NCBI GenBank assembly: GCA_963764715.1
Contig: CAVXTP010000010.1
Span: 128,001-192,000, forward strand
Direction: 5' to 3'
Length of the DNA: 64,000 bases
Source: an uncultured Acidobacteriota bacterium
Lineage (GTDB): Bacteria > Acidobacteriota > Thermoanaerobaculia > UBA5066 > Gp7-AA6
The stretch's first letter is position 1, and each line of letters starts with the position of its first letter. A program made the translations under genes and the position numbers. The notes below the pieces were generated by a model, which saw only the letters and a list, made by a program, of their open reading frames with translations, was not told where the DNA came from and searched no databases. Positions 1-11,071 of the stretch are shown here, piece by piece.

Positions 1-79
1 TGCCGGCCGCGTCGACGACGAGCGTCTTGATGCCGCTCCCGCCGATGTCGACGCAGAGCGTCCGGCGTCCTCGAGCCAC
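1..79 (-). CDS. ROK-family sugar kinase (polyphosphate glucokinase-like), 5' end only; runs off the window
   Basis: Hand translation from GTG at 79: MARGRRTLCVDIGGSGIKTLVVDAAG; DIGGSGIK is the ROK/PpgK phosphate-1 loop; lies directly downstream of gnd. Confidence 0.75.
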   Translation of the reverse strand, partial: MARGRRTLCVDIGGSGIKTLVVDAAG

Positions 80-83
80 GGGG

Positions 84-1097
84 TCAGCCCTTCTTCTCGA
101 CGTGGCCGCCGAACTCGTACCGCATCGCCGACATCAACTTGCTGGCGAAGTCGGCCTCGCCGCGCGAGGCGAAGCGTTCGTAGAGCGAAGCGGTCAGGAC
201 CTCGGCCGGCACTCCTTCGTCGATGGCCGCGAGGATCGTCCAGCGCCCCTCGCCCGAGTCCGAGACCCGACCCGAGAAGTTGGCCAGGTCCGGAGACTTC
301 AGGAGCGCGATCGCCGTCAGGTCCAGCAGCCAGGATGCGATGACGCTGCCCCGGCGCCATACCTCGGCGATGTCCGGCAGGTGGAGGTCGTACTGGTAGT
401 GCTCGGGGTTGCGCAGCGGCGTCGTCTCGGCGTCCACCTCGCGCTGGCCTTTGCCGACGTTGGCGTGCTTGAGGATGTTCAGGCCCTCGGCGTAGGCCGC
501 CATGATCCCGTACTCGATCCCGTTGTGGACCATCTTGACGAAGTGGCCGGCCCCCGTCGGGCCGCAGTGGAGATAGCCGTCCTCGGCTGTGCCGCCCGTC
601 TTCTCGCGGCCGGGCGTGCGGTCGATGTTGCCGCGCCCCGGAGCGAGCGTCTTGAAGATCGGGTCGAGGCGCCGGACGGCGTCGTCATCGCCCCCGATCA
701 TCATGCAGTAGCCGCGCTCGAGGCCCCAGACGCCGCCGGAGGTCCCGACGTCGACGTAGTGGATGCCCCTGGGCCGCAGCTCCTTCTGCCGGCGGATGTC
801 GTCGATGTAGTAGGAGTTGCCCCCGTCGATCAGGACGTCGTCCTTCTGGAGCTTGTCGGCGAGCTCGGCGACGGAGGCGTCGACGACCGCGGCCGGCACC
901 ATGAGCCAGACGGCCCGCGGCGGCTTGAGCCGGGAGATGAACTCGTCGACGGAGCCTGCCCCGGCGGCTCCTTCACCCGCGAGCTCCCGGACGCTCGCGG
1001 CATTGCGGTCCCACACGACGCACTCGTGCCCGGCCTTCATGAGGCGGCGAACCATGTTCGCGCCCATGCGACCGAGGCCGATCATTCCGAGCTGCAT
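84..1097 (-). CDS. gnd: 6-phosphogluconate dehydrogenase (decarboxylating), short YqeC-like type
   Basis: [58 protein letters not shown] motifs. Confidence 0.95.
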   Translation of the reverse strand: MQLGMIGLGRMGANMVRRLMKAGHECVVWDRNAASVRELAGEGAAGAGSVDEFISRLKPPRAVWLMVPAAVVDASVAELADKLQKDDVLIDGGNSYYIDDIRRQKELRPRGIHYVDVGTSGGVWGLERGYCMMIGGDDDAVRRLDPIFKTLAPGRGNIDRTPGREKTGGTAEDGYLHCGPTGAGHFVKMVHNGIEYGIMAAYAEGLNILKHANVGKGQREVDAETTPLRNPEHYQYDLHLPDIAEVWRRGSVIASWLLDLTAIALLKSPDLANFSGRVSDSGEGRWTILAAIDEGVPAEVLTASLYERFASRGEADFASKLMSAMRYEFGGHVEKKG

Positions 1098-1247
1098 GAC
1101 GCCCTCCGCGCAAATGTGACGCGAGTTTTATCACGCGGGCGCGCGCCGGCGCCTTCTCGGTGACGAAGGGAAGCCGGCAGGTCCTCGGCGTGGCGATGCG
1201 ATCGGCCCGGACCGTTCCGACGGCGGGCTGACGGACCGTCAGCCAGG

Positions 1248-1277
1248 AAAAAGCCCCCGGGCCTCGCAGCCCGGGGG
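1248..1277 (-). terminator. Rho-independent terminator
   Basis: Minus strand GCCCCCGG-loop-CCGGGGGC followed by TTTTT, just after the stop of 1301..1879. Confidence 0.75.
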
Positions 1278-1300
1278 CGAAGAGACATTTCGACGTTTGG

Positions 1301-1879
1301 CTAGTATCTGGCGCCGACGAAGGTGATGTCGTCCGTCTTGGCGTTGATGATCGCCACGCCGCAGGCCGTTGCGGCGCCCGTCCCGTCGAACTTGCACCCG
1401 ACGAGACCCCCGGCCTGGGCCTTGCACTCGTCCTTGTCGACCTCGGCCACCCACCAGCCCGAGTTCGCCGGCATCTTGTAGACGTTGCCCTCGGCGTAGA
1501 CGGCGACGAGCATCGCGCCGGACCCGGTCCCGCCGTTCGAGCACGTGAACGTGCCGTCCTTCGAGTAGTAGAGGACCTTGTCCTCGTCGTCCCAGAGCGC
1601 CTGCACGTCGTCCACGTTGCCGTCGCCGTCGATGTCGATCTTCTCGGCCCAGATCGAATCCGTGTCGCCGGCCGAGTTGGCCGTGTTGACCGAGGCCTTG
1701 CCCTTGCCGATCGACGTTCCCTTGGTGGCGTTCGCGGGCGGAGGCGCGCCGGCCTTGCCCTTGGTCGCCGACGGATTGACCTTCACCGGAGCCTGAGCCG
1801 CGCCCTGAGCGAGAAGCGACGACGCGCCGACGATGGCGCACACCGAAAGGACCGCCAGGATTCGAAGCGCTCGAGTCAT
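1301..1879 (-). CDS. Secreted hypothetical protein with a DxDGDG Ca-binding-like loop and several Cys
   Basis: GAGGAACACACG-ATG start, signal peptide MTRALRILAVLSVCAIVGASSLLAQ, KIDIDGDGNVDD. Confidence 0.7.
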   Translation of the reverse strand: MTRALRILAVLSVCAIVGASSLLAQGAAQAPVKVNPSATKGKAGAPPPANATKGTSIGKGKASVNTANSAGDTDSIWAEKIDIDGDGNVDDVQALWDDEDKVLYYSKDGTFTCSNGGTGSGAMLVAVYAEGNVYKMPANSGWWVAEVDKDECKAQAGGLVGCKFDGTGAATACGVAIINAKTDDITFVGARY

Positions 1880-2057
1880 CGTGTGTTCCTCCTTGTTTTT
1901 CCGGCGAAGCCTATCGCAGGTGGCGCAGTCGCCGCCTGTCCGCCGGTCAGGGAGGTTGAGCAGAGGTTTCGTGGCCGCGTTGAGTGTCGGGTTCGCGGCG
2001 GGGAGAAGGGCGAGGCCGCCGCCCCCGGGATGCCGGGGCGCGGCGGCGACACGCAAG

Positions 2058-2498
2058 CTACTTCTCGACGGTCAGCTTGAGGCCTGACGCGGCGACCTTG
2101 ATGTTGGCGCCTTTCGTCTCGCTCTTGAGGTTGATCACGACGCCCTTCCCGTTGCGCAACGACGACACGCCCGCGCCCTTGCCCGCGGTCCCTTCGGCGC
2201 CCGCCGCGGCATAGACGCCGTCGAAGTCGTCGATGCTCTTCAGGTTGTACACGGTCCCGGTGGCCTCGGCCCTGGTGATGCCCACCTCGGCCACGGACAC
2301 GCCCTCGATCTTCACGTCGTAGCTCCGGCCCATGTATTCGAGCTTGCCCCGGCCCCAGTTCCAGCCGATGCCCGCGGCGACCGATCCCTCGGAGAGCCGA
2401 AGCGTGGCATCCGGGGCCTTGTCGTCGGCCAGGAGACCCCCCGCCATCAGCACGAGAGCGGCGGCCAACGCCATGGAGACGATCCGTCGGTGGTTCAT
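2058..2498 (-). CDS. Secreted DUF1134/EipA-like beta protein
   Basis: Signal peptide; GSVAAGIGWNWGRGKL, ATGTVYNLKSIDDFDGVYAAAGA, LRNGKGVVINL pattern. Confidence 0.7.
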   Translation of the reverse strand: MNHRRIVSMALAAALVLMAGGLLADDKAPDATLRLSEGSVAAGIGWNWGRGKLEYMGRSYDVKIEGVSVAEVGITRAEATGTVYNLKSIDDFDGVYAAAGAEGTAGKGAGVSSLRNGKGVVINLKSETKGANIKVAASGLKLTVEK

Positions 2499-2616
2499 TG
2501 CGACCTCCTCATCGGGACGCGCCCCGGGCGACCGGGTCATTCCGGCGAAACGAGGCCGTCCATCCCGGGGATCCTGCAAATTCGACGCCCGCTTTTTCGA
2601 GCGCCTTCCGGTCGCC

Positions 2617-3357
2617 CTAGCGGCCCAGCCGGGAGACGACGTCGCGCAGGGGGGCGTCCGAGATCTGGATGAGCCCCTCGAAGGGCCGATCCATCTCGAG
2701 GATCAGGAAGATCGCCGCCGCGACCGAGAGCGCGCAGACGAAGAGCGCGACGCGCGAGGTCGCGTTGGGCCGGGCGTAAACGGCGAAGCCGACGAAGAGG
2801 ATCGTCAGCCAGAAGACGACGATCACGAGGAGCGGCGTCGAGATGGCGCTGTTGCGCTGCGCGTGCATGAGCCAGCGGATCCGGCCGAGGCCCATCGCGA
2901 GCTGCGCCACGGTCGCCTTGATCTCCTGCTGCTGCCCCGTGGAGGGCTGCAGCCGGTCGATGGCGTCGTAGAGGGCCTCTCCGGCGGGCGACGGCGGGAC
3001 CACGCCGTGCGTCCAGAGCTGAGCAAAGGCCGCTTCCACCGTGCTCTTCAGCTGCGCCCGCGCGGCCGCAGCCTCGGGGCCGTAGTGCGCGAGCCCCCGG
3101 TCGAGCAGCGCGACGTCGGCCGAGATCTGGATCAGCTCGTCCCGCTGCGCGTCGTAGGAGCTCTTGGCCGAGGCGACGAGGAGGCCGAGGACAAGGGCCG
3201 CCATCGTTCCGACGAGGCCCGTGCCGACCTTGAGGACGTCGCGGGAGTCCGAGTCCCGGTGATGCTCGGGCACATGCAGCGCGAAGCCGACGAGCGCGCC
3301 CCCGTACACGCAGGCGAACACGATCACGGTGACGAGCCACGGGCTCACCGCGTTCAT
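2617..3357 (-). CDS. DUF4239/bestrophin-like 4-TM membrane protein
   Basis: GLVGTMAALVLGLLVASAKSSYD and C-terminal ILEMDRPFEGLIQIS; GAGGA RBS before ATG at 3357. Confidence 0.75.
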   Translation of the reverse strand: MNAVSPWLVTVIVFACVYGGALVGFALHVPEHHRDSDSRDVLKVGTGLVGTMAALVLGLLVASAKSSYDAQRDELIQISADVALLDRGLAHYGPEAAAARAQLKSTVEAAFAQLWTHGVVPPSPAGEALYDAIDRLQPSTGQQQEIKATVAQLAMGLGRIRWLMHAQRNSAISTPLLVIVVFWLTILFVGFAVYARPNATSRVALFVCALSVAAAIFLILEMDRPFEGLIQISDAPLRDVVSRLGR

Positions 3358-3476
3358 GAACGTTTCCTCCGTCGTCGAGAGCCGGCCCGGAATTTCGTGG
3401 GGCGAGTAGATCATCCGGCGGTTCGCGGCGTCAACGTGATGCGGAGCGAAGTCTGCTACGCTGAACCGACCTCACC

Positions 3477-4226
3477 GTGAGCTCGCCCATGACCGCCCCC
3501 CCGGCCGCCCGCCGGCCGGAGCGCAAGTTTCCGCGGCGCGCCGGGCTCCTAGCCCTCGTCGTGGCGTTCGCGCTCGCGTCGATCGCGGCGGCACAGGACA
3601 TCAGCACGCAGTTCTGGCCGGAGATCGACACGTTCGTCCGGCTGAACGACCACATGCGGATCTACGTTCCGCTGAGCAGGACCCGGGTGGGGACGGACGG
3701 CTCGGATCAGGACGGCACGGTCGGGATGTACCTCGACTACTACGTCCTGCCGCTGGCGAGGTTCGGCGTCGAGGATCCGTCGAAAGTGGTGCGTACCCGT
3801 CGGATCCTCCTCCGTGCCGGCTACAGCTACACGGTCGGAGACGATGGCCAGCCCGCCACGAACGCCTTCACCGCCGAGGGGACGGCGCGGCTGACTCTAC
3901 CGTGGGGCCTCCTGCTGAGCGATCGCAGTCGCTTCGATCTGTTGTTCTCGGGCGGCGACTTCGATCCGCGCTACCGGAACCGCATCCGGTTGGACGGCAC
4001 CGTCGACTTCGGGAAATGGTCGCTCAACCCCTACGCCTACGGCGAGTTCTTCTACGACTTCGACCAGGGGGATTGGCTGAAGACCCGCGCGACGGCCGGC
4101 CTGGAGGTGCACGTCTGGGAGCGGGTCGTGCCAGAGCTCTACTTCCAGCGCGACTTCGGGAGCCAGTCGGGGTCGACAGGCGACGTCAAGGGCTTCGGCC
4201 TCGTCGTGAGCATTTACCTGAGGTAG
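3477..4226 (+). CDS. DUF2490-like outer-membrane beta-barrel protein
   Basis: Signal peptide, QFWPEID, RYRNRIRL, PYAYGEFFYD, amphipathic C-terminal strand; resembles 42335..43042. Confidence 0.7.
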   Translation: MSSPMTAPPAARRPERKFPRRAGLLALVVAFALASIAAAQDISTQFWPEIDTFVRLNDHMRIYVPLSRTRVGTDGSDQDGTVGMYLDYYVLPLARFGVEDPSKVVRTRRILLRAGYSYTVGDDGQPATNAFTAEGTARLTLPWGLLLSDRSRFDLLFSGGDFDPRYRNRIRLDGTVDFGKWSLNPYAYGEFFYDFDQGDWLKTRATAGLEVHVWERVVPELYFQRDFGSQSGSTGDVKGFGLVVSIYLR

Positions 4227-4236
4227 CGCGTCGGGT

Positions 4237-5465
4237 CTAAGGCGGCTTCTCGGGTCCCTCTCCCGAAACTAGGATCGGCGGCCTTTTCGCCCAGGAATAG
4301 CCCTTCTCGGCCATTGCGTACGCGAAATCGAAGAGCTGGCTCATGTAGCTCGGATCGAACTCCGCGGTGTGGGGGACGCGGAAGGTCTCGGGGATGTAGG
4401 CGAGGTTGTACTCGACCTGGTCGCGCTGTGTGATCGAGAAGATGCGGTAGAGGTCCCCGATGCCCTGGTACTGGATCAGGCAGGCGATGGCCCGCATGGC
4501 GATCGGCAGCGTCCGGCGGTCGACCTCGGCCCATTCGGGGTCCAGGCGCGCGTTGCGGATGACGTAGAGCTTGCGTTCCCGCTCGACGCCGCTCTCCTCC
4601 GAGACTTCGTTCAGCTTCATGCCCGCGGGGTAGACGAAGACCTGCGACGCCGTGCCCCCGTCGACGTGCATCTCGTCGTAGGGCCGCCCCCGGCCTCGAC
4701 GTCGATCATGACGGGCGGAAACGTGCCCGGGATGGCGGCCGACGCCAGCAGGATCTTCCGGACCAGGTCGAGGGCGCCGGCGCGGCGGCTCGCCGCGATC
4801 TTCGTGACATTCCAAATGACCGGGCGCCGCGCGTCGAGGTTCGCCGTCCCGACGAGGAGGATGCGCCCTTTCTCGTGCTCCTGCGCGATGGCCTCGAGCA
4901 TCTCCGGCGTCACGGACTTTTTCAGCAGGTTCCAGAGCGGAGTCGTGTCGGCCATCGAGTCGCCGTAGATCACGGAGAGGATAGACCGCTGGACGGCGAT
5001 GTCCTTCATCGACACGGCGGTGTACATGGCCTTGAGCTGGTCGTCCCAGGCGGAGCCCAGGAACGCGAACGGCGAGATGAGGGCGCCGGTGCTCACGCCC
5101 GTGACGAGCTTGAACTCCGGCCGCGTCCCGGCCTTCGTCCAGCCGGCGAGCAGCCCCGCCCCGAAGGCGCCGTTGTCGCCGCCGCCGGAAATCGCGAGGT
5201 AGGCCGCGGGCGGCAGGGGACCCGAATGACCCCGGGCGGCGAGATTGGCTTTTTCGCGAGCCCAGGATTCCACGAAGTCCTCGCGGAAGAGCTCGAGTCG
5301 GGCGGTGTCGCGGGGAAAATACCGGATCCCGTACGGGAAGCCCACGACGGTCGCCTCGGTCTGCAGGCTCGAGGGGACGGCCTGCCGCCGCGTCGCCGTG
5401 GCGCAGCCCTGGGCCAGCAAGGCGGCGAGGAGAGCGAGCGGCGCGAACCGGATGCGGGTGTTCAT
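4237..5465 (-). CDS. Patatin-like phospholipase lipoprotein, frameshifted near 4685
   Basis: Lipobox LAQGC, SGGGDNGAFGAG, GVSTG and ASAAIPG in one frame; catalytic DEMHVDGG continues in the adjacent frame to the stop at 4237. Confidence 0.85.
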
Positions 5466-5515
5466 GAGGAGGCCTCCTCGTCGGGACGGCGAAGCATACA
5501 ACCCGCCGGCGCCTG

Positions 5516-6055
5516 TCAGCGCAGGGACCAGCCGAGCATGAAGAGCGCGGCGGCCGCGATCCAGCTTCCCGCCACGCGGACGGCGATGCGAGCCGGCGGA
5601 GACTTCAACGTGGCGACCAGGGCGGTGAGAATCGCGACGACGACGAACACGGCGCAGGCGATGCCGAGAGCGTTGCCGAGGACGGCCGCGTGCGCTCGAC
5701 CGAGCTCGATCCCGTTCCAGGCGCCGTTCCAGAGACCGAGCGCCATCGCAAGAATGGCCACGGCGGTACTCGAAAGCGGCCGGTCCGCCGCGGCGAGTGC
5801 GCCGAGGACGATCGTCAGGACCGCGGCGAAGACGGGCCAGACCCAGTGCGGATGGAAGAACCGTCCCGCGACGATTCCGACGAGCCAGGCCGGAGGCAGC
5901 GCGAAGAGAGCGGTCCGACCGCCCTGGGGGCCGCGCAGTCCCGAAAGGAGGGACAGGGCGAGGACCGGCAGCAGGTCCTCGGGCGTCGTGAAGAGGTGCG
6001 CGAGCCCGTCGTAGAACGGCCCGAGCCCCGTGTTCATGAGATGCGCGAGGAGCAT
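5516..6055 (-). CDS. HupE/UreJ-family membrane protein (divergent)
   Basis: AHLMNTGLGPFYDGLAHLF, hydrophobic helices, RIAVRVAGSWIAA tail. Confidence 0.75.
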   Translation of the reverse strand: MLLAHLMNTGLGPFYDGLAHLFTTPEDLLPVLALSLLSGLRGPQGGRTALFALPPAWLVGIVAGRFFHPHWVWPVFAAVLTIVLGALAAADRPLSSTAVAILAMALGLWNGAWNGIELGRAHAAVLGNALGIACAVFVVVAILTALVATLKSPPARIAVRVAGSWIAAAALFMLGWSLR

Positions 6056-6060
6056 CGTTC

Positions 6061-6669
6061 TTACGTCAGCGCCCGCCAGAGGAAGGCGAGCCCCGCGAGC
6101 GCCACGATGGCGCCGGCCCAGCGCAGGACGGTGCGGCCGATCGGCCAGCGGTGGATGAGACCGATCCCGATGCCGGTGGCGTGGAGCAGGCCCGTCGCGA
6201 TCACGAACCCGATGCTGTAGAGGAGGCCGTTTGCTCCCGCTGGCAGCTCCGTTCCGTGGGCGTGCCCGTGGAAGATCGCGAAGAACCCGACGAGGGCTGC
6301 CGCGATTCCGAGCTTCGGCCGCGCCTCGAAGAGGACCGCCGCGCCGAGCCCGATCGCCGAGAGGGCGATGCCGACCTCGATGCCCGGGATCCGTACGCCG
6401 AGGAGTCCCAGCGTCCCGCCGAAGGCCATGACCATCGGAAACGTCACCGGGAGCAGCCAGACGGCCGGCGGCCCGAGCTGGGCTCCCCAGAGGCCGACCG
6501 CGATCATCGCCAGGACGTGATCGAGCCCCGACACGGGGTGCGCGAGCCCCGCGAGAAGCCCGGTCGCCTCGCCGCCCCGCGTATGGGCGAAGGCCCGGAC
6601 GGGGAAGAGCAGCCACGCCAGCAGCAGGAGCGAACCGGCCCGGAAGGCGCGCCGCAGGTCGTCGCTCAC
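6061..6669 (-). CDS. HupE/UreJ Ni/Co-type transporter
   Basis: AFAH, GLAHPVSGLDHVLAMIAVGLWG, FHGHAHGTELP, GFVIATGLLHATG signatures. Confidence 0.9.
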   Translation of the reverse strand: MSDDLRRAFRAGSLLLLAWLLFPVRAFAHTRGGEATGLLAGLAHPVSGLDHVLAMIAVGLWGAQLGPPAVWLLPVTFPMVMAFGGTLGLLGVRIPGIEVGIALSAIGLGAAVLFEARPKLGIAAALVGFFAIFHGHAHGTELPAGANGLLYSIGFVIATGLLHATGIGIGLIHRWPIGRTVLRWAGAIVALAGLAFLWRALT

Positions 6670-7670
6670 GAAGTCCACCCCAGGAGGATCGCCGTGCGCT
6701 GGATCGTCCAGAACGCCCCGAGCGTTCCGATGGCGTAACCCGGCAGGGCCTCGACCCAGCGCGGCCACCGGATCTCGAGGAGGCGGAACGAGCGCTCGAG
6801 CAGGAGAACGAGGAGAACGAACCCGACCTGCCCGATCTCGACTCCGACGTTGAAGCCGAGGAGCGCCAGCGGCAGATCCGCGCGAGGCAGGCCGGCGCTC
6901 GTCAGCGCGCTCGCGAAGCCGAAGCCGTGGATCAGGCCGAAAACGAACGCCACGACCCAGGGATGCTCGATCGTGAAGCTCGTCTCGCCCCGCCACACCC
7001 GGACGATCTCGGGCCCGAGGAAGAAGATCGAGAGGGCGATGGCCGCGTTCAGGGGCAGGATCGGGGCTTCGGCCCAGCCGAGGGTCGCGATCCCGAGCGT
7101 GATCGAGTGCGCCACGGTGAAGGCCGTGATGGTCTTGACGAGCGTCCAGCGGTCCTTGACGATCAGGAGCAGGCCCAGCACGAAGAGAAGGTGGTCGGCG
7201 CCGAAGGCGATGTGCCGAATCCCGTGAACGACGTACGAGCCGACGACAGAGAGTTTGCCCTGCGCCGCGGTGATCTCGACCCAGGGCTGCGACGGGCGGA
7301 CGATGGTCGACCACTTCCGGCCGTCGGCGAGCTCGACCCGCACCAGCACGTCGGTGATCGTCGCCTGCAGCCCGGGAAACTCGATCCGTTTCCCCGCGAG
7401 CCCGGCCGGCCCCGCGTCGATCGTCCGCCGCTCGAGGAGCGAGTCGGTGAGCTCCTGGATCGTCGGCTCGTGGACGTTCCGCACGCCGGCGGGCAGCCGG
7501 AGGCCGATGGGCAGGCGCATCCCGGCGAGGACCGGCGTGCGCCACAGCAGCTCGTAGCGGCCGGGCGCGGTTTCGCGGACTTCGAGATACGCGGGCCGCG
7601 CTTCGTGGGCCTCGGCGCGCGCTGCAAACGCCAAAAGCAGCGCTCCGAGAATCGCCGGGCGGCGTCTCAC
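6666..7670 (-). CDS. HupE/UreJ_2-family protein with a periplasmic N-terminal domain
   Basis: AEAHEARPAYL, GIRHIAFGADHLLFV, TAFTVAHSITL, FGLIHGFGFA, FNVGVEIGQ. Confidence 0.9.
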   Translation of the reverse strand: MRRRPAILGALLLAFAARAEAHEARPAYLEVRETAPGRYELLWRTPVLAGMRLPIGLRLPAGVRNVHEPTIQELTDSLLERRTIDAGPAGLAGKRIEFPGLQATITDVLVRVELADGRKWSTIVRPSQPWVEITAAQGKLSVVGSYVVHGIRHIAFGADHLLFVLGLLLIVKDRWTLVKTITAFTVAHSITLGIATLGWAEAPILPLNAAIALSIFFLGPEIVRVWRGETSFTIEHPWVVAFVFGLIHGFGFASALTSAGLPRADLPLALLGFNVGVEIGQVGFVLLVLLLERSFRLLEIRWPRWVEALPGYAIGTLGAFWTIQRTAILLGWTS

Positions 7671-8542
7671 CGGGGCGCCTTCGTCGGGGGCGGGGCTTCC
7701 GGCGGCCCGGGCAGCACGAGCTCGTACTTCGCCCGCATCGCCTTGTAGGCCTTGTCCCACGCTTCGGCCTTGCGTGTCGCGAGCCACGCCGTCTTGACGT
7801 CCGGCTCGACTTCCTCGAACGCGGCGGCGCGCTCCGGCGTCAGCGAATCCACGAAGACGAGGTGCCAGCCGTAGCCCGACTCGATCGGACCCGACCAGGC
7901 GCCCGGCTTCTGGACGAAGAGCGCCCTGGCGAACAGGGGGCCGAAGTCCTTGGCGATCTGGTCGGGCGTGCGGTCGGCGAGGTAGTCCTGGAACATGAAG
8001 GGATCGCCGAGGGCTGCCGCGCCCGGGAAGCTCGCCGGCTTGCCCGCGAGCTTGCCGAGGGCGGCCGTCGCATCCGACCATGCGCTCTTTCCGCGCCGGT
8101 CGGGAGAGAAATAAAGGTGCCGGAACGTGACGCGCGCCGGCTGCGTGAAGAGCTTCGTGTTCTTCCCGAACCACGCCTTCAGCTCCTCGGTCGTCGGCTC
8201 GTGGGAGGCGGAGACGTCCTCGGCGAGGAATTCCATCTTCTGCGCCATGCGACGCCGGACGATGGTGTCGTCCTTGTCGAGGCCCATGGCGAGGGCCTCG
8301 CGATAGAGGATCTCCTCCTTGATCCGGCTCTCGAGCAGGCCCAGCATCTCCTGCTCGTTCGGCGGCCGCTGCCACTGCGCGGCGAAGCCGATCTGGAGCT
8401 GGCGCAGGTCGTCGAGGGTGAGGACGATCTGGCGCGGCGGGGCGGCCGCGCCCGTCGAGGGGTTGACGACGCGCGAGATCGCAAACAACGCGCCGCCGAG
8501 CAGCAGGAAGTGAAGCAGCGGCTCGCGGAGCAGGCGTTTCAT
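7667..8542 (-). CDS. Membrane-anchored PpiC/parvulin-type peptidyl-prolyl isomerase
   Basis: REPLLHFLLLG anchor, EEILYREALAMGLDKDDTIVRRRMAQK, WSGPIESGYGWHLV. Confidence 0.85.
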   Translation of the reverse strand: MKRLLREPLLHFLLLGGALFAISRVVNPSTGAAAPPRQIVLTLDDLRQLQIGFAAQWQRPPNEQEMLGLLESRIKEEILYREALAMGLDKDDTIVRRRMAQKMEFLAEDVSASHEPTTEELKAWFGKNTKLFTQPARVTFRHLYFSPDRRGKSAWSDATAALGKLAGKPASFPGAAALGDPFMFQDYLADRTPDQIAKDFGPLFARALFVQKPGAWSGPIESGYGWHLVFVDSLTPERAAAFEEVEPDVKTAWLATRKAEAWDKAYKAMRAKYELVLPGPPEAPPPTKAPR

Positions 8543-8642
8543 GCGGCGCACATCATAAGTCCCGCCGACGGACTGACCGCGCCGTCGCTCCCGACGGACG
8601 GCTCGCCCCGACTCCGTGCCGGGGCGAACCGCCTCCCGCGGG

Positions 8643-10958
8643 TCAGCGAATCGGGGCCAGCTCCGCCACCGCGGGAATGATCTCGTAGTTGGCGTACCCG
8701 AATTCGTTCGAGCGCGCACCAATGTACTTGTCGCCGACCTTGTAGACGCTGATCTCGATCGGGGTGCCGACGATGTCCGTGACGATCTTTCCGCCTGCGA
8801 TGCTGTAGTTCCTCGAGGTCCCCAGGTAGCTGGCCCGGATCGAGTCGCCGGCGAGACTCGGCAGGACCTTCTGACTGACGTAGCGGACCTGGAACTGACC
8901 CTGGTTGGCCGGGAACTGCTGCGTGACGTAGTCGGCCTCGGAAGGCGTCAGGGGTTTCGTGTCGGCGCCTTTGCCGAGCGCCCCGTAGACGACCATGTAC
9001 TTGTCGCCCGTGACGGTGTTCTGAAGCCAGACGGACTTCTGCTCGATCAAGGCCTTGATCTGATCGTCGTTGAGCGCCAAGGCGCCCTTGCTCGTCAGGT
9101 CGGCGACGGTGAGGCCGGGCTTGGCGCTCCGGCGGGCCTCGACGCTCGGCGTGTACCAGATCGGCGAGCCCCAGGCACGCTCCTGAATCGTTGCGGCCAC
9201 GACTTCGGGCGGCGCCATGCCGAGCTTCTTGGCCTGGATGGTCGTCCAGCGCGGCGTCGGAATCTCGAGCACCCGGGCGTAATAGAAAGCGTGGAGGCTC
9301 GGGTCGAACTCGGGGTCGGTCCACAAGGTCTTCAGCTCGACGGAGCCGATCGTGTTGGTGTACGTCGCATTCTCGATGTCCACGGTGCTGCCGATCGGCG
9401 GCACGACGCCGGTCCACTTGTTCGGCTTGCGGTCGCCGGACCAGGCCACGTCGTAGATCTTTTCGAAGCTCTGACCGTTCCTGGCCCAGCCTTTGACAAT
9501 CTGGATCCGGTCGAGGTTGCCGGAGGTGGGGTCCTTCACGGCCCAGACCATGAACGTGGGCGCCTTTCCGGCGGCCGGCGGGAGGTCGCCGCCCATCGGG
9601 ACGCCCTTCGCGTAGCCGGCCTTGACCCAGTCTTTGTCGGCCAGCATCGCGGCCGTGTACTCCCACCCGCCGAAGAGCCTCACCTTGATGTGCGGTCCGG
9701 ACACCGCGAAGGTCTCCTTGCGTTTGATGGCCTCGAAGATCGAGGCGCGGGTGTTTTCTTCGGCCCACGCGCCGGTCAGGCCGGCCGTGCTTTCGGTGCG
9801 CGCATCGAAGAACCCGCCGACGAGGTTGCCGGCCATCCGCACTTCGGGCGTGCCGTCGGTGAACGAGTGCCCGCCGAAGAAGTTGTCCCCGCGGTACGGA
9901 ACCGCCGTGTTGTGCGAGTCGGCGGCGGCTCCGAAGCCAAACTTGTAGGGGTTGAACCCCTTCGTGTCCGCGAGGGCGACCCCGTCCTTCAGCGCCTGGC
10001 GGGCATAGCTGCCGACGAGGTGGGGGACGCGCCCGGGAGGGTTGCCGAGGAGCACCGACATGATTTCGTAGCTCGAGTACTCGTCGTTGGGCGAGAGGAT
10101 CGGGTGCGTCTCGGAGGTGCCCTTCAACTGCTTGATCTCGATGATCGGCTCGTTTCGGGTCCGCGAGGCGGCATACGCGGCGTCGATCGGGCGGCCCTCC
10201 GTATCGACGTCCGTCGGGTACATGCGGCCATCGGAGAGGTTGGCGTTATGCGAAATGGCGAGCAGCTCGTTGCCGGCCTTGCGCTGACCGTCCATCCAGT
10301 TCCAGAGGTCGACCGGATGGTAGGAGTCGAGCGCGCTGAAGGGCGCCACCGGCACGTGCGAGCACTCCTTGAAGAAGACGTTGCGGTGGAGATTCATGCT
10401 GTTCGGCATCGAGGTCCACTCGTACGAGCAGAAGGCGGTGAACTTCCCGGGCTGGTTCGCCTGGTTGGCGAGCTCGATGTTCTTCTTCCAGACGGCGCCG
10501 GCGATTTCCGGGGACATGAGCGACTTGACCGGCGGGCCCGGAACGAGCGTTTGGATCGCGTACAGTGCGACCCTTTCCATCTCCTCCTTCGTCCTCGCCT
10601 TCAGAATGAGGGGCTTCGCCTCGGGGATCTTGCTGACCGGAGACTTGGGGTCGTTGGCGAGCTGGACCACTCCGGCGTATTCGGAGTGATCCGTGACCCC
10701 GGCCCAGTCGAGCGGCGTGTCGATCTTGACGTCGTAGCCGAGCGGATGCTTGATCGCCTCGCCCTTGAAGTACTTGTACGCGTCGCCCGGCGTGGTCAGG
10801 GTGTTGCCGATGGCAAACGCGTCGAGCGACCAGCTCGTGTGGACGTGCGTCTCGCCGAAGTAGGCGTTCTTGTCGGGATTGGGTTGGGCCGAGGCAGTCG
10901 ACCCGACGAGAGCCAGGATGGCGAAACCGAGGGTGAGCACCGAGCGCTTCGAGCGCAT
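8643..10958 (-). CDS. Secreted DUF3604 PHP-fold putative metallohydrolase with a C-terminal extension
   Basis: Signal peptide; [65 protein letters not shown]. Confidence 0.9.
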   Translation of the reverse strand: MRSKRSVLTLGFAILALVGSTASAQPNPDKNAYFGETHVHTSWSLDAFAIGNTLTTPGDAYKYFKGEAIKHPLGYDVKIDTPLDWAGVTDHSEYAGVVQLANDPKSPVSKIPEAKPLILKARTKEEMERVALYAIQTLVPGPPVKSLMSPEIAGAVWKKNIELANQANQPGKFTAFCSYEWTSMPNSMNLHRNVFFKECSHVPVAPFSALDSYHPVDLWNWMDGQRKAGNELLAISHNANLSDGRMYPTDVDTEGRPIDAAYAASRTRNEPIIEIKQLKGTSETHPILSPNDEYSSYEIMSVLLGNPPGRVPHLVGSYARQALKDGVALADTKGFNPYKFGFGAAADSHNTAVPYRGDNFFGGHSFTDGTPEVRMAGNLVGGFFDARTESTAGLTGAWAEENTRASIFEAIKRKETFAVSGPHIKVRLFGGWEYTAAMLADKDWVKAGYAKGVPMGGDLPPAAGKAPTFMVWAVKDPTSGNLDRIQIVKGWARNGQSFEKIYDVAWSGDRKPNKWTGVVPPIGSTVDIENATYTNTIGSVELKTLWTDPEFDPSLHAFYYARVLEIPTPRWTTIQAKKLGMAPPEVVAATIQERAWGSPIWYTPSVEARRSAKPGLTVADLTSKGALALNDDQIKALIEQKSVWLQNTVTGDKYMVVYGALGKGADTKPLTPSEADYVTQQFPANQGQFQVRYVSQKVLPSLAGDSIRASYLGTSRNYSIAGGKIVTDIVGTPIEISVYKVGDKYIGARSNEFGYANYEIIPAVAELAPIR

Positions 10959-11071
10959 GGGACGACCTCCTTCGTTTTCAGGGACGCGCACCTCAAGCAG
11001 ATCATTCCGGAGGGCGGGGGTCAACGTCGGTGCCACGATCGGCCATCGCGGCCCGTCTTCGTGTCCTCCGG

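Noticed and set aside
1112-1134. AAATGTGA...TCAC as a CRP/FNR site upstream of gnd
   Set aside because: Half-site spacing does not fit TGTGA-N6-TCACA
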